64,000 nucleotides of DNA from Bacteroidales bacterium (lineage in GTDB: Bacteria > Bacteroidota > Bacteroidia > Bacteroidales > WCHB1-69), in contig JBGUYY010000082.1 in assembly GCA_045222555.1 (NCBI GenBank), positions 19,094 through 83,093 on the forward strand, read 5' to 3'. The position numbers were made by a program, and so were the translations under genes. Of the stretch, positions 28,832 to 39,189 are shown one piece after another (within the stretch, counting starts at the first letter, position 1; every line of letters begins with the position of its first letter). Below the pieces are notes generated by a model. That model was not told the origin of the DNA and did no database searches. It was given only the letters and a program-made list of their open reading frames with translations.

Positions 28832-30730
28832 ATGCCTATCCGACTCTATATCAATCGTTTTCTTAAATCTCTCAAAATCGTGAGCAGCGCCTGGGTGCTG
28901 TTGGTGGACGCGTTGTGCATCTTCGGAGCCACACTCTTTGCCATGCTGCTCCGCTCCGACTTCCTCGTTTACAGCAAAGCCGTCTTCAGCACGAGGGAAT
29001 ACATCCTCATACCGCTGATGTTCACCATATTACGCATCCTTTTCTTCCTAATCTTCAAAACCTACAAGAGCATCGTCCGCTACACCAACACCACCGACAT
29101 TTTCCGCATTTTATTAGCAAATCTCGCCGGTTCAGTTGCACTGGTTGTCATCAACTTGATTTCGTATGGCATCAAAGGCAGCTATATCGTGCCCACTGCC
29201 GTTGTGGTGATGGAGTTCACCATTACCACCCTCATCCTCATATTTTACAGATTGACATTCAAGGTTTTATACTTGGAAACCATCAATCCTGTACGCAAAA
29301 AACGTGATGTGGTGATTGTGGGAGCAGGCGCTTCGGGAGTCATTACCAAGCGCGCCCTCGACCGCGACATTCGCACCAAATACAACGTGCTGGCCTTCTT
29401 TGACCGCGATCCTAAAAAAATCGACAAAAAAATAGAGAATGTCAATGTTTATGATGCCAACGAACTCGCCTCGTTTTTGGAGCATCACAACATCAACTTC
29501 CTGATTGTGGCCATCCAGAAGATGCCGCCGGCCCAGCTGAACGAAATCACCGAAATCGGTCTGCAGCACAATGCCAAGGTGTTGGTGGTGCCGCCCGTGA
29601 AAAGATGGATCAACGGCGAGCTGAGTTTCAAGCAGATCAAGAAAGTGAAGATTGAAGATTTGCTGGAACGCGGAGAGATTATGCTCGACACCGAACTGAT
29701 TACCAGAGATTTGTGTGGAAAAGTGATTCTGATCACCGGTGCCGCCGGTTCCATCGGCAGCGAGATCGTACGCCAGGTGATGAAATACCAGTACAAACGG
29801 CTGATTTTGGTGGACAATGCTGAAACACCGGTCTTCTACCTTCATAATGAGTGTTATGCCACCAATGGCATGCGCAATATCGACATTGAGATTGCTGATA
29901 TCCGCGACAAGGTGAAGATGGAAGAGATCATCTCGCGTGAACGGCCGGACCTCATCTACCATGCTGCGGCCTATAAGCATGTGCCCATCATGGAGGAGAA
30001 TGCCAACGAAGCAGTAAAAAACAACGTGCAGGGCACCAAGCTGCTGGCCGACCTTGCCGTGCAATACGGGGTGAAAAAGTTCGTGATGGTCTCCACCGAC
30101 AAGGCCGTCAACCCCACCAATGTGATGGGCTGCACCAAGCGCATCGCAGAGATTTACGTGCAGTCGCTGAACTTCCATCAGGACACCACCAAGTTCATCA
30201 CCACCCGTTTCGGCAACGTGCTGGGCACCAACGGATCTGTCATTCCCATCTTCAAACAGCAAATCGAGAGCGGCGGCCCTGTCACCGTCACCGACCGCGA
30301 AATCACCCGTTTCTTCATGACCATTCCTGAGGCATGCCAATTAGTGATCAACGCTGGCGCCATGGGCAATGGTGGCGAGATTTTCATCTTCGACATGGGA
30401 CAGCCCGTGCGTATCTATGACCTCGCCGTCAAGATGATCCGCCTTTCCGGCCTCACCCTCGGCAAGGATATCCAGATCTCCTTCACAGGCCTCCGTCCGG
30501 GCGAGAAACTTTACGAAGAGCTTCTGGCCAACAAAGAGAACACCACCGAGACCCCCAACCCCAAGATTATGATCGCCAAGGTACGTACCTACAACTACGA
30601 AGAGGTCTCTAAGGAAATCGACCAACTCATCGCCCTCAAATACGAATCTCCCTTCGTCATCGTGAAGAAGATGAAAGAGATTGTGCCGGAGTACATCAGC
30701 AAGAACTCCGAATTCGAGGTACTCAATTAG
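28832..30730 (+). CDS. membrane-anchored nucleotide-sugar 4,6-dehydratase (CapD/PglF/WbpM family)
   Basis: Four N-terminal TM segments, two Rossmann motifs (VGAGASG and TGAAGSIGSE), and the YKH catalytic region. Confidence 0.85.
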   Translation: MPIRLYINRFLKSLKIVSSAWVLLVDALCIFGATLFAMLLRSDFLVYSKAVFSTREYILIPLMFTILRILFFLIFKTYKSIVRYTNTTDIFRILLANLAGSVALVVINLISYGIKGSYIVPTAVVVMEFTITTLILIFYRLTFKVLYLETINPVRKKRDVVIVGAGASGVITKRALDRDIRTKYNVLAFFDRDPKKIDKKIENVNVYDANELASFLEHHNINFLIVAIQKMPPAQLNEITEIGLQHNAKVLVVPPVKRWINGELSFKQIKKVKIEDLLERGEIMLDTELITRDLCGKVILITGAAGSIGSEIVRQVMKYQYKRLILVDNAETPVFYLHNECYATNGMRNIDIEIADIRDKVKMEEIISRERPDLIYHAAAYKHVPIMEENANEAVKNNVQGTKLLADLAVQYGVKKFVMVSTDKAVNPTNVMGCTKRIAEIYVQSLNFHQDTTKFITTRFGNVLGTNGSVIPIFKQQIESGGPVTVTDREITRFFMTIPEACQLVINAGAMGNGGEIFIFDMGQPVRIYDLAVKMIRLSGLTLGKDIQISFTGLRPGEKLYEELLANKENTTETPNPKIMIAKVRTYNYEEVSKEIDQLIALKYESPFVIVKKMKEIVPEYISKNSEFEVLN

Positions 30731-30848
30731 TAAATTGAAAATTGAGAATTGAGAATTGAAAACTGAAAACTGAGAATTGAAAATTGGAAGTTGAGAGTTA
30801 GAAGTTAGAAGTTACAGGTTAAAAGTTCGAAACTCAAAGATTACAGCT
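30731..30848 (+). repeat. GA-rich heptamer array, about 17 units, degenerating 5' to 3'
   Basis: taaatt gaaaatt gagaatt x2 gaaaact x2 gagaatt gaaaatt ggaagtt gagagtt agaagtt x2 acaggtt aaaagtt cgaaact caaagat tacagct. Starts 1 nt after stop TAG 30728-30730. Confidence 0.9.
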
Positions 30849-30850
30849 AC

Positions 30851-30889
30851 AAAAAAAACAGCCCGGCAATTTCTTGTCGGGCTGTTTTG
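30851..30889. terminator. bidirectional intrinsic terminator
   Basis: A8 run, stem CAGCCCGGCAA / TTGTCGGGCTG (30859-30884) with loop TTTC, then a T-run. Lies between convergent genes. Confidence 0.8.
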
Positions 30890-30907
30890 TATGGGGAATC
30901 GGTGCTG

Positions 30908-32005
30908 TTATTTTTCAGCAGCGGGTTCTTCAAACGTGAATTTATCTTCATTGTCGCACATCATCTTATTAAGCTTGTTGTACTTGAAGATCATGTAGCA
31001 CTCATAACCCAGATAAACAATCCAGCCAATCAGATAGAAAGCCATCACGATGGTGTGAGGTCTGAGGTAGTAGAAGAGGCCAGTATTGCCGAAATAGGTG
31101 CCGAAGCCAAGCAGACCGAGGCTATTAGCAGCCACATCCATGTCGGCGGCTCCCACGAGGGTGAAGAGCCACACGTTGAGGCAGAGTGTCAAACCACCGA
31201 TGAAGAGCGGCATGATCATCTTGGCGAAGATCATAGAGCCCCACCAGAGGGAGATGGACTCCATGTGGTTGGAATCTTTCGCGTCGGTGATGATGGATTT
31301 GTCGCGAAGCACATACTTGGTCTCGGAGATAAGGTTGGAGAACAGGGCGCAGGGTTTGAAGAGATTATAGATGGGTATGAACCATGAGATAATGTTCATG
31401 ATATCTTTGCTCTTGAACCACGGGGCAACACGACGGACATTTCTGGTATTGAGCATCATCCAGAAGCCGAAGCAGATCATCTTAATAACCAATAAGATAG
31501 AAGTGATAATAATCACCACATTGAAACCACCGAGTGAGGGAGAAGCCTCTTTCACTGCAGCATCATGCTTGTCGGCCCACGGTTTCAAGCCAGCTTTTGC
31601 AAAACGAACAGTGTCCTTATAAAGACTGACTTCGGTATTCAGACGGGTGATATTTTCACCATAGTCATTCAGGTGAGTGGTATCGCTGTAGTATTTGTTC
31701 TTGAGAGAGTCGTCCTCCGGATTTTCAGCCAGCGACTGACGAACTTTTTCAGCGGACACCTTCGTATCCTCGAACAACTTCGTATAGCCTTCCAAACTGT
31801 TTTGCTTCTTGCCAAGGGCTTCTTCCGAATATTTCACGGAATCCATCCAGTAAGAATAGGTGGGCATAATTGAGTCCTGCAAATAGACGTTTTTCTTGTC
31901 ATAAGAGCCCAACTGTACTGCTGAAACGATTACCATGCACAAGATAACGAGATTCAGAATCATGGAAATCACACCCCAAAGAGCATTGTTTGTAAATTTC
32001 TTCAT
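30908..32005 (-). CDS. membrane protein with DUF4328-like C-terminal domain
   Basis: N-terminal TM and coiled-coil-like region, then a polytopic part with WFIPIYNLFKP, the signature I associate with DUF4328. Confidence 0.55.
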   Translation of the reverse strand: MKKFTNNALWGVISMILNLVILCMVIVSAVQLGSYDKKNVYLQDSIMPTYSYWMDSVKYSEEALGKKQNSLEGYTKLFEDTKVSAEKVRQSLAENPEDDSLKNKYYSDTTHLNDYGENITRLNTEVSLYKDTVRFAKAGLKPWADKHDAAVKEASPSLGGFNVVIIITSILLVIKMICFGFWMMLNTRNVRRVAPWFKSKDIMNIISWFIPIYNLFKPCALFSNLISETKYVLRDKSIITDAKDSNHMESISLWWGSMIFAKMIMPLFIGGLTLCLNVWLFTLVGAADMDVAANSLGLLGFGTYFGNTGLFYYLRPHTIVMAFYLIGWIVYLGYECYMIFKYNKLNKMMCDNEDKFTFEEPAAEK

Positions 32006-32077
32006 ACTAAAAATGTTTTATATAACATTGATATTTAATTAATTACAATTAAAAAAGGTCATACCTTTTACAAGTTG

Positions 32078-32085
32078 CAAATTTA
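32078..32085 (-). promoter_or_regulatory. -7 promoter box TAAATTTG (minus strand)
   Basis: 73 nt upstream of ATG 32005. Confidence 0.5.
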
Positions 32086-32145
32086 CATGTTTTTTTGATT
32101 GATGCTACAAAAAACAAAAAAAACTTATCAATGTATTTGCGCAGC

Positions 32146-33129
32146 TCACGAAGGGTTGACTCGAACGACGAAGAAACGCATGACAAATTCGAGCAAAAGG
32201 AAGAGAATGGCGAGCAAAAGGAAGGGCAGAAAATGGTCGTTGGCCCAGCTCACCACGCTTTTCTCCTCGCGCTTGGTGGTCTCAAGTTTGTCGATTTCGC
32301 TGTACACCTCGCGCAGTTTTTTCTCGTTGCCAGCCGAAAAATACCTGCCGCCTGTACTGCCGGCGATTTCCTTCAGCAATGCCTCGTCGAGCACGGTCTT
32401 GCTTTGCACTACGCCGTGTCCAGGCACCCTGATGCCAGCCATCCGGCCGTTGGTGCCGCAGCTGATGGTATATACTTTAATATTGTATTCCTTCGCCATG
32501 GTGGCAGCGGTACGCGGGTCGATAAATCCGGCATTGTTCACACCATCGGAGAGCAGGATCACCACCTTGCTCTTCGCCTTGCTGTCTTTCAAGTGACTGA
32601 CAGCCAATCCGAGGCCATCGCCGATGGCGGTACCGTCCACCAGCGGCTCGCGCTTCACGCTCTTGAGAAGCTCAAGAAAATAGGCATGGTCTGTAGTAGG
32701 CGGACTGAGGGTGTAGGCCTCGCCGGCATACAGCACCAATCCCACATTATCGTTCTCGCGCTTTTGCACAAACTCGGCAGCGATCTGCTTGCAAGCCTCC
32801 AGACGTGTAGGCTTGAAGTCCATCATATCCATACTTCCCGACACATCGAGCGCCATGATGACATCGATCCCCTCCTTGATGGTCTTGCCATTGACCTGGC
32901 TGTCGGAAGTCTGTGGCCGCGCGATGGCCAGCACAAGAAAGACAATGGCGAGGCAGCGGAAGATGACCGGGAAATGACGCAGATAGTAGCGAAAGGTGCG
33001 CTGCCCCAGCGGAGCCGTCGTGCTGACGACCATCGTCGAGTGCTGTCTCCGCTGTTTCCAGATGTACCAAGCCACATAGAGCGGGATCACCAGCATCAGC
33101 CACAGCAGATGCGGATTTGCGAACTTCAT
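32146..33129 (-). CDS. batA: VWA-domain aerotolerance protein BatA-like
   Basis: MKFANP... N-terminus typical of BatA, two TM segments, and a VWA MIDAS motif (DVSGSM). The alternative upstream ATG 33168 would add 13 aa. Confidence 0.75.
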   Translation of the reverse strand: MKFANPHLLWLMLVIPLYVAWYIWKQRRQHSTMVVSTTAPLGQRTFRYYLRHFPVIFRCLAIVFLVLAIARPQTSDSQVNGKTIKEGIDVIMALDVSGSMDMMDFKPTRLEACKQIAAEFVQKRENDNVGLVLYAGEAYTLSPPTTDHAYFLELLKSVKREPLVDGTAIGDGLGLAVSHLKDSKAKSKVVILLSDGVNNAGFIDPRTAATMAKEYNIKVYTISCGTNGRMAGIRVPGHGVVQSKTVLDEALLKEIAGSTGGRYFSAGNEKKLREVYSEIDKLETTKREEKSVVSWANDHFLPFLLLAILFLLLEFVMRFFVVRVNPS

Positions 33130-33180
33130 CTCACCTAACGAACTGAAAAATCCTTCAAACACATTCATCTTGCTTCCTCC

Positions 33181-34161
33181 TTATTTTCGTTGTGCGGCCT
33201 GCTGTGCCCTGCGCTGTTGCTCCTGCTGGTCGGTGTCACGCACAAATCGGGTCACATTATCCATTTGCAAAGCGTTATCCTCCATCGGGGGCTGCCGACG
33301 GGCGTATTTCACCAAATCGGAAAGCTGCAGGAACGAGAGAATTTCCAATCGTTGCTGCTCCGTCACCTCCAGCGATGCCAAGGCTGTCATAATCTCATCG
33401 GTCACCATCTCCATGGCATTCACATCCCATTGGTCGTCGAGATAGGTACGCAGAATAACGCTCAGCTCCGAGTAATGTTCTTTAGCCATCCCCTTCTGGC
33501 ACAGCTCTTTGGCCTTCAGTTCGCGGATATGTCCTAAAGCGATTGCGCCAGAGCTCTGTCGGCGTATCTCGCGCTGTCGGATGGCCCGTTTTTTCTTCAG
33601 TTGGGGTAACCAAACTGTGAAGAACACCACAATGAGGGCGATCAATGCGAGGAGATGTCCCGTCAGCAGCATCCACAGCCACAGGCGGCTACGGGCTTTC
33701 GTCACCTGCTCCAAGCCGCCCAGCGGCAGCTTGATGTCGCGAGCAGCTGCTGCGGTGTCCACGAACACAGGGAGGGTGTCCACGAAGAAGAACAGCGTAT
33801 CGGTGCAAGCCACGAGGGCGGTGTCGGCCCAGACCTGTACGGGAGCGATGACCGCGCGGCCCGTATCAAAGGCCGTTACGATGAAGTCCTGCCGGTAAGT
33901 GACCTTCCCCGACTTTTCGGTTCGATGCAGTTCGGAAACATCCAGCACCTCGCAGTTCATCATCCGCCACTCCTCCTTCGACTGGAAAGAGAGGGCTGAT
34001 TTGCCGGCTGTTTGTGCCGTAAGCTGCAGCCGCAGGTGGTCGCCGACAAGGATATGCAAAGAGTCGAACCGTGCCGTCACGGTCACTGCTTCCTGCTGGG
34101 CAGCACAGGGCAACGCCACCCATAACAGCATGATCCATAAGAGATTTCTGAGTTTCAGCAT
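33181..34161 (-). CDS. membrane protein, BatD-like N-terminal domain plus DUF4381-like C-terminal region
   Basis: Signal peptide, a beta-rich ectodomain, a central TM, and a C-terminal region ending LSDLVKYARRQP as in DUF4381 proteins that precede batA. Confidence 0.5.
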   Translation of the reverse strand: MLKLRNLLWIMLLWVALPCAAQQEAVTVTARFDSLHILVGDHLRLQLTAQTAGKSALSFQSKEEWRMMNCEVLDVSELHRTEKSGKVTYRQDFIVTAFDTGRAVIAPVQVWADTALVACTDTLFFFVDTLPVFVDTAAAARDIKLPLGGLEQVTKARSRLWLWMLLTGHLLALIALIVVFFTVWLPQLKKKRAIRQREIRRQSSGAIALGHIRELKAKELCQKGMAKEHYSELSVILRTYLDDQWDVNAMEMVTDEIMTALASLEVTEQQRLEILSFLQLSDLVKYARRQPPMEDNALQMDNVTRFVRDTDQQEQQRRAQQAAQRK

Positions 34162-34175
34162 GGCTAATGCAGCAA

Positions 34176-34520
34176 TTACGGTTTAGGTTGGCGGACGTAG
34201 TGCGGCATATCAGCAGGCAGCTCCATTGAAAGCTCAATATAACCTCCAAACTGCTGCTGGTCGTCGTACCACGGCATCTGATAAATCATTTTCTTCAGCC
34301 CGTTTTTTTCTATGGTATAGACATTTACATTGTGGTTTTGGAGCAGCCCCAGCAGTTTGGAGCGGGCCGGTTCGGGGTGGCAATCGAGCAGAGAGCGCCC
34401 CACCAGCGACTGTCCGTCCTTGGTGAAGGTGGCTATCGATTTATCATTCATTTCCAATATTTTACCCTCCTTATCGCAGATGGTGACAGAGATGGGTACG
34501 TGCTGAAAGTAGTTCAACAT
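34176..34520 (-). CDS. stand-alone PAS domain protein (114 aa)
   Basis: The pattern VTICDKEGKILEMNDKSIATFTKDGQSLVGRSLLDCHPE is typical of a PAS fold. Confidence 0.6.
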   Translation of the reverse strand: MLNYFQHVPISVTICDKEGKILEMNDKSIATFTKDGQSLVGRSLLDCHPEPARSKLLGLLQNHNVNVYTIEKNGLKKMIYQMPWYDDQQQFGGYIELSMELPADMPHYVRQPKP

Positions 34521-34524
34521 GGCA

Positions 34525-37500
34525 TTATGGTTTAGTATTCAATTCTACATTTTCATTCAAAACAGCCTCTTTCTCCTTCTGTTTCTTGCGCTTGCGTTCT
34601 TTTTTCTGCTTGGCTTCCTTATCTTTTTTATTACGGGTGAAAGAAGCAATCAAATCTTTTCTATTATTAAAATCCTGCTTGTAAATCAAAGCGATGCCCT
34701 GTGCGTAAGGATTGTTGCGGGTGGCATTTCGAAGTTCATCCTGATTGGTGACATTGAAGACCTTGAGTCGCCATGTGCCGAGGGCGTTCAGCTTCTGTTC
34801 CACACTAAAGTCACCGACGAACTGGTTGCTGAAGTTGCTCGACTTGTCATCCTTATAGCCGACGTAGGTCTCGATGACGGTGCGGTCGTTGAAGAGGGAG
34901 GTGGAGGCCCCGACAGCATATTCAGCGGCCTTGTCGGCGGTAGCGTTCTGGTAGTTGAAATTCACATCCACATATTTCAACTGATTGGATATGAAGTTAC
35001 TGACGGTGGAGGTCAGCACGCCGATACCCGCATTTTCCAGATTAATATTAGCGATGGATGATTGGGGGGAGGCAAATTTTCCAAGCATCACCAGTGAGAA
35101 GAACTGTTCGGTTTTTTTCTGCAAATTGTTAGTATCTATCGTGCTGTAGAAGAGGTTCTTCATGTCGGCGGTGGCGTTGGGAAGATCGAAGGAGAAGTCA
35201 ATAGCAGCGGGGTCGTTGAGGTTTCCGTTGAATTTGAGGTACGCCTTGACGGGCATTCTGCGCACGTTAGTGGATTCAGAGCTGAAGAGGTCAGCGAGTG
35301 ATGCCACTGTAGAGTAGCCGGCACGCACGTTGATATTGATGTCGTTGAGGGGGCCGGGGAACGACACCACGCCGCCAGGCAGAAGTTCAAACTTCTTGTT
35401 CAGCAGCTGTGCAAAAGTCATATTGAAAGAGCCCGACTGCAGTATCACATCTCCCAAGATGTTAATCTTGTCCTTTTTGGTGTTATAGGTAAAATGCAGC
35501 TGACCTTCACCCTTGGTTTTGATTTTTCCGCCGAATGCCGATAGGTCGAGGTCGAGTTTGATGTCAGCGGCTGGGGTGACATTAAAGATGAAGTCGAAGT
35601 CCATCTCCATCGAGCTGGCGGGCTGCTCCTCCTCCTCAACAGGCCGTTGTACATCCTCAGCCACTACAAAGGTAATCACATCCGACGAGTAGGCCTTGTC
35701 GGCGAAGCTGATGGGCAGGCAAAACACCGTACCGCTCTCTGTGCTGAGGTCATCCCCATGGAATGACAACTTGTTCATATCCCCTTCAATCGTGATATTA
35801 CCCGACACAAAACCATCGCCGTAGAAAGGCGCATCCGCCTGTTGCTTGGTGTTCAGCACAAAGATTTTCTGGGTGGAAATATCCAATTGAAGATTGAAGT
35901 CATTGAAATTGCGATGATTGACATATCCATCCATCGTAGCCTTATTGCCAAACTGGTCGGTCAGTTCCATCTTGTCGAAAGTGAATCCGCTTTTAGTAAA
36001 CTTCACCGGCTGATGATGAATGTAATAATATGTATTAAGTGGTGCTATGCCGATTTCCGCCTCACGCACATCCGCCAACCCCTCAAAATACATGGAGTCT
36101 TTATTGAAGACGAAATCGATTTTACCAGAAGCATTGCCTTCAAACTTATGACTGAAGGAAGAAAGCATCGGCTCCAAGAAACCCAACGGCAACGTGTCGA
36201 TGTCGGCAGTCACCTTCAGCTGTTTCAAATCAGAATCGAAAATACCATTCAAACGGGTATTCACCCCTTTTTGCTTCAGGAAGTCTTCATTATACCTATA
36301 GTTATATACTGTTGCACTATCGGGGAAGCACTCGGCATCAATCAAACCTCCACGGAAACGGATATTCTTGTCGGAAGGCAGGATAGCGTTGGCATACAGG
36401 TGCCCAAACTGCTCCTCGTTGAACTCGAAATCGCGGATGATAGCCGTGCCGAACAGCACGTTGTTGCCTCTAAACTCCGACATCTGCACGTTGGCCGAGA
36501 GTGCACCACCCAACCGCATCTTGTCGGTCTTGATGAACTGGTTCAACACCGAAACGTCCAAATTGTCGATGGTGGCCACCAGACTGTCGCTTGACTTGCC
36601 CACATGGCCATTAACCTTCAGCTTACTTTCCTTAGAGGTCAATATCAAATTGTCAATATGCACATCGCCTTTCCTGACCGTCACCAGATGGTCTTTGTTG
36701 AACGAGAAGGGGAATTCTTTGAAATAGACCTCTGACTCATCCACCCGAGTTACGATGGATCCGTCGTCAGCAAAATCCACCACACCTGCCAGCAACGACC
36801 TATGCGCTGAGATCACAGCGGGATTCTTCCAGTTAAGACGGTAACGCAAAGTCTGCGGTCCCATGTTGGCATTCAAGTCAATATTTTCAAATGAGAAATT
36901 ACCCTTTTCACCAATCACCAAAGAACGCACAGAAGCGTTGATACCCAGATTCTTCACATCTTCTTGATAAGAAGAAATCTGAGCATTGTTCACCACAATA
37001 TTGCCAATGCGGATACCTGGAGAGAAGAACTGCAGCTGGTCATCGGAATGCGACTCGTTGGTTTTCACCGACAAAGTAGTGTTGTTGTCCACCTGTATCT
37101 TGGGCACAAACATGTCGAGGATGGGAGCGATGTTGTATGCATCCACCCTCAACGCCAGCGAATGGTCAAGGTCGTCGCAGTAGTGGAATTCCGTGGCGGT
37201 TTTCCGCTCCGCAAACAGATTGCCGCAGTAAGTATAGACTAAGTTCAGCAGCGCTTTCGGCACATCGGCAAGGTCGTAAGTGGTCGTCATCGACACATTC
37301 ACAAGATTGGAAGAGAGGCGCATCAGCTGGTGACCATCGGCAGCAAGGCTCACGAAACGGAGACGGTCGAAGTCCAAAGATTTTCCATCCTGAGCATATA
37401 ACAGACTATCAATAAACACATTACCATTCAATGTACTCAAGGTGTTACCAGCAATATCGCAGGAGAGGTTGCTAGCGGAAAGGGTCACTTCGGGATGGCA

Positions 37501-39189
37501 CTGCACATAGCGCACCAGCTTGTCGAAACCATCGGTTACGGTGCTGTCCATCAACGGCAGATGAGCAAACAACGAACTGGCATTCAACTTGTTGATATTT
37601 CCTTCTGCATGGTATTCATTCTCCTTTCCAGAGAAATCCATCGTACCGTTAAGAGCCAGATTGCAGTTGGGGTCGCGCAGCGAGACCACGGCATCGAGTT
37701 GTTTGCCCGTGTATTTTCCTTTGGCCTTGAGGTTGCGCAGCGGATAGCCCTTGACTGAAACATGGGCGATGTCAGCATCCACATCGGCAGAAACGGTCTC
37801 GCCCAGCCGGCTGAGGTCGCCCACTGTACCTTTCGCGCTGACGGTGCCCGTAACGCCGCCAATCATCGTCACCTTGGGCAGCAGCTTCCTGACTGCCAGC
37901 TGGTTGGCCGCCACTTTCACGGAGTAGTCCAATCCGTCATCGGCCTCGTGGCAGCGGGTGGAGAATTGTGCATCCACATCGCCAGCATCGGTAAGCAGCG
38001 AGGCATCCACATCAAATTGGTCGGAAATCACCCCGCCATATTCCACATCCAGGGTCACCACGCCGAGCGAGGCCACCTGCTCAGGAATCGGAATCGACTT
38101 GCCACCCGGCAGCTTGAACTGCTGGATCTCGTTCAAATCCACCGTACTCTGCACCAACTTGGCACGGATATCGGCATTGAAGAAATCGGTCAGGTTGACA
38201 ATCTTCACATCTCCCACCAAATGCGTATTATCCGCAAATTTCGCATCCAAATCCTTAACATCCAAATGGTTGATAGGACCTTTCACACTGGCAGAAAAGA
38301 CCAGCGTGTTGTCCATCCCCTTCGTTTTGGGAGCAAAGTAACGGATGTCGCGCATGTCGAGCGTGGAAGTTTTCGCCAACACGTTGAATTTGATCTTATT
38401 CAGAAAATCGCTATAGTCTTTCCAACTTCCATATTCGAAGGCAAAATCCAAAAACACACGGCTTGTCGGGGTGGCCAACGTAGCTTTTTTAATTTCCAAC
38501 CCTTTCGGACCGATGTGGAATTTCCCGGACAGGTTGCGGAGGATGAACCCTGTATATTGCGTAAAGGCCAGATGCTCAATGTCGGCAGAGATATCAGAGC
38601 CCACAATGGTAAATTTATCGAGGCGGGCATCAATATTTTTCAGTTCAAAATATCCGAAATCAATATCCCCTTTGTCCTTCGTGCTGCATGTAAGGTCATT
38701 ATGATAAATGAAATAGGCATTTTTCAAGATGATGAAAGAAGCGGTCATCTCGAAGGGTTTGGGATTTTTTTTCTTTTTTTGGAAATTTTTAGCCCAGATG
38801 GAGATGTTGACCGCATCATCGCCTTTGTATTTGCGGATATTCACCCGGATTTTGTCAGACTCAATATCAGAAAAACCGAGGGTAAACGGAGAGAATTTCA
38901 GATTGGTGATACGGCTTTCCAGTTCGCCTGCAGCGATCATAGAGTTGTCGTGATGGTCGCGGATGACGAGGTCTTCCACGGTCAGTTTGAGTGTAGGGCT
39001 GAGGTAGATATGGCCGATGGTGATGCGGGAGTTCCACTTTTCGGAGAGGGTTTCCGCCACGACCCCGACCACTTTTTCCTGAATGGGCGGCACAAAAAGC
39101 AATCCTACCAGCAGAAGGTCGAGGGCAATAAAACATCCCAAGACAATCAGCGTGATTTTTATGATTTTTTTCGTAATTTTGCGTGCCAA
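34525..39189 (-). CDS. tamB: translocation/assembly module protein TamB (AsmA-like, DUF490 C-terminus)
   Basis: 1554 aa with an N-terminal TM anchor, a long beta-rich body and a basic C-terminal tail. It is divergent from tsaD. The start is apparently TTG. Confidence 0.8.
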   Translation of the reverse strand: MARKITKKIIKITLIVLGCFIALDLLLVGLLFVPPIQEKVVGVVAETLSEKWNSRITIGHIYLSPTLKLTVEDLVIRDHHDNSMIAAGELESRITNLKFSPFTLGFSDIESDKIRVNIRKYKGDDAVNISIWAKNFQKKKKNPKPFEMTASFIILKNAYFIYHNDLTCSTKDKGDIDFGYFELKNIDARLDKFTIVGSDISADIEHLAFTQYTGFILRNLSGKFHIGPKGLEIKKATLATPTSRVFLDFAFEYGSWKDYSDFLNKIKFNVLAKTSTLDMRDIRYFAPKTKGMDNTLVFSASVKGPINHLDVKDLDAKFADNTHLVGDVKIVNLTDFFNADIRAKLVQSTVDLNEIQQFKLPGGKSIPIPEQVASLGVVTLDVEYGGVISDQFDVDASLLTDAGDVDAQFSTRCHEADDGLDYSVKVAANQLAVRKLLPKVTMIGGVTGTVSAKGTVGDLSRLGETVSADVDADIAHVSVKGYPLRNLKAKGKYTGKQLDAVVSLRDPNCNLALNGTMDFSGKENEYHAEGNINKLNASSLFAHLPLMDSTVTDGFDKLVRYVQCHPEVTLSASNLSCDIAGNTLSTLNGNVFIDSLLYAQDGKSLDFDRLRFVSLAADGHQLMRLSSNLVNVSMTTTYDLADVPKALLNLVYTYCGNLFAERKTATEFHYCDDLDHSLALRVDAYNIAPILDMFVPKIQVDNNTTLSVKTNESHSDDQLQFFSPGIRIGNIVVNNAQISSYQEDVKNLGINASVRSLVIGEKGNFSFENIDLNANMGPQTLRYRLNWKNPAVISAHRSLLAGVVDFADDGSIVTRVDESEVYFKEFPFSFNKDHLVTVRKGDVHIDNLILTSKESKLKVNGHVGKSSDSLVATIDNLDVSVLNQFIKTDKMRLGGALSANVQMSEFRGNNVLFGTAIIRDFEFNEEQFGHLYANAILPSDKNIRFRGGLIDAECFPDSATVYNYRYNEDFLKQKGVNTRLNGIFDSDLKQLKVTADIDTLPLGFLEPMLSSFSHKFEGNASGKIDFVFNKDSMYFEGLADVREAEIGIAPLNTYYYIHHQPVKFTKSGFTFDKMELTDQFGNKATMDGYVNHRNFNDFNLQLDISTQKIFVLNTKQQADAPFYGDGFVSGNITIEGDMNKLSFHGDDLSTESGTVFCLPISFADKAYSSDVITFVVAEDVQRPVEEEEQPASSMEMDFDFIFNVTPAADIKLDLDLSAFGGKIKTKGEGQLHFTYNTKKDKINILGDVILQSGSFNMTFAQLLNKKFELLPGGVVSFPGPLNDININVRAGYSTVASLADLFSSESTNVRRMPVKAYLKFNGNLNDPAAIDFSFDLPNATADMKNLFYSTIDTNNLQKKTEQFFSLVMLGKFASPQSSIANINLENAGIGVLTSTVSNFISNQLKYVDVNFNYQNATADKAAEYAVGASTSLFNDRTVIETYVGYKDDKSSNFSNQFVGDFSVEQKLNALGTWRLKVFNVTNQDELRNATRNNPYAQGIALIYKQDFNNRKDLIASFTRNKKDKEAKQKKERKRKKQKEKEAVLNENVELNTKP

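Noticed and set aside
30731-30848. Possibility that the tandem arrays are CRISPR arrays or minisatellite coding repeats.
   Set aside because: The units are 7-9 nt with no spacers, far below CRISPR repeat length. Stops occur in all frames in sense orientation, and no cas genes are in the window.
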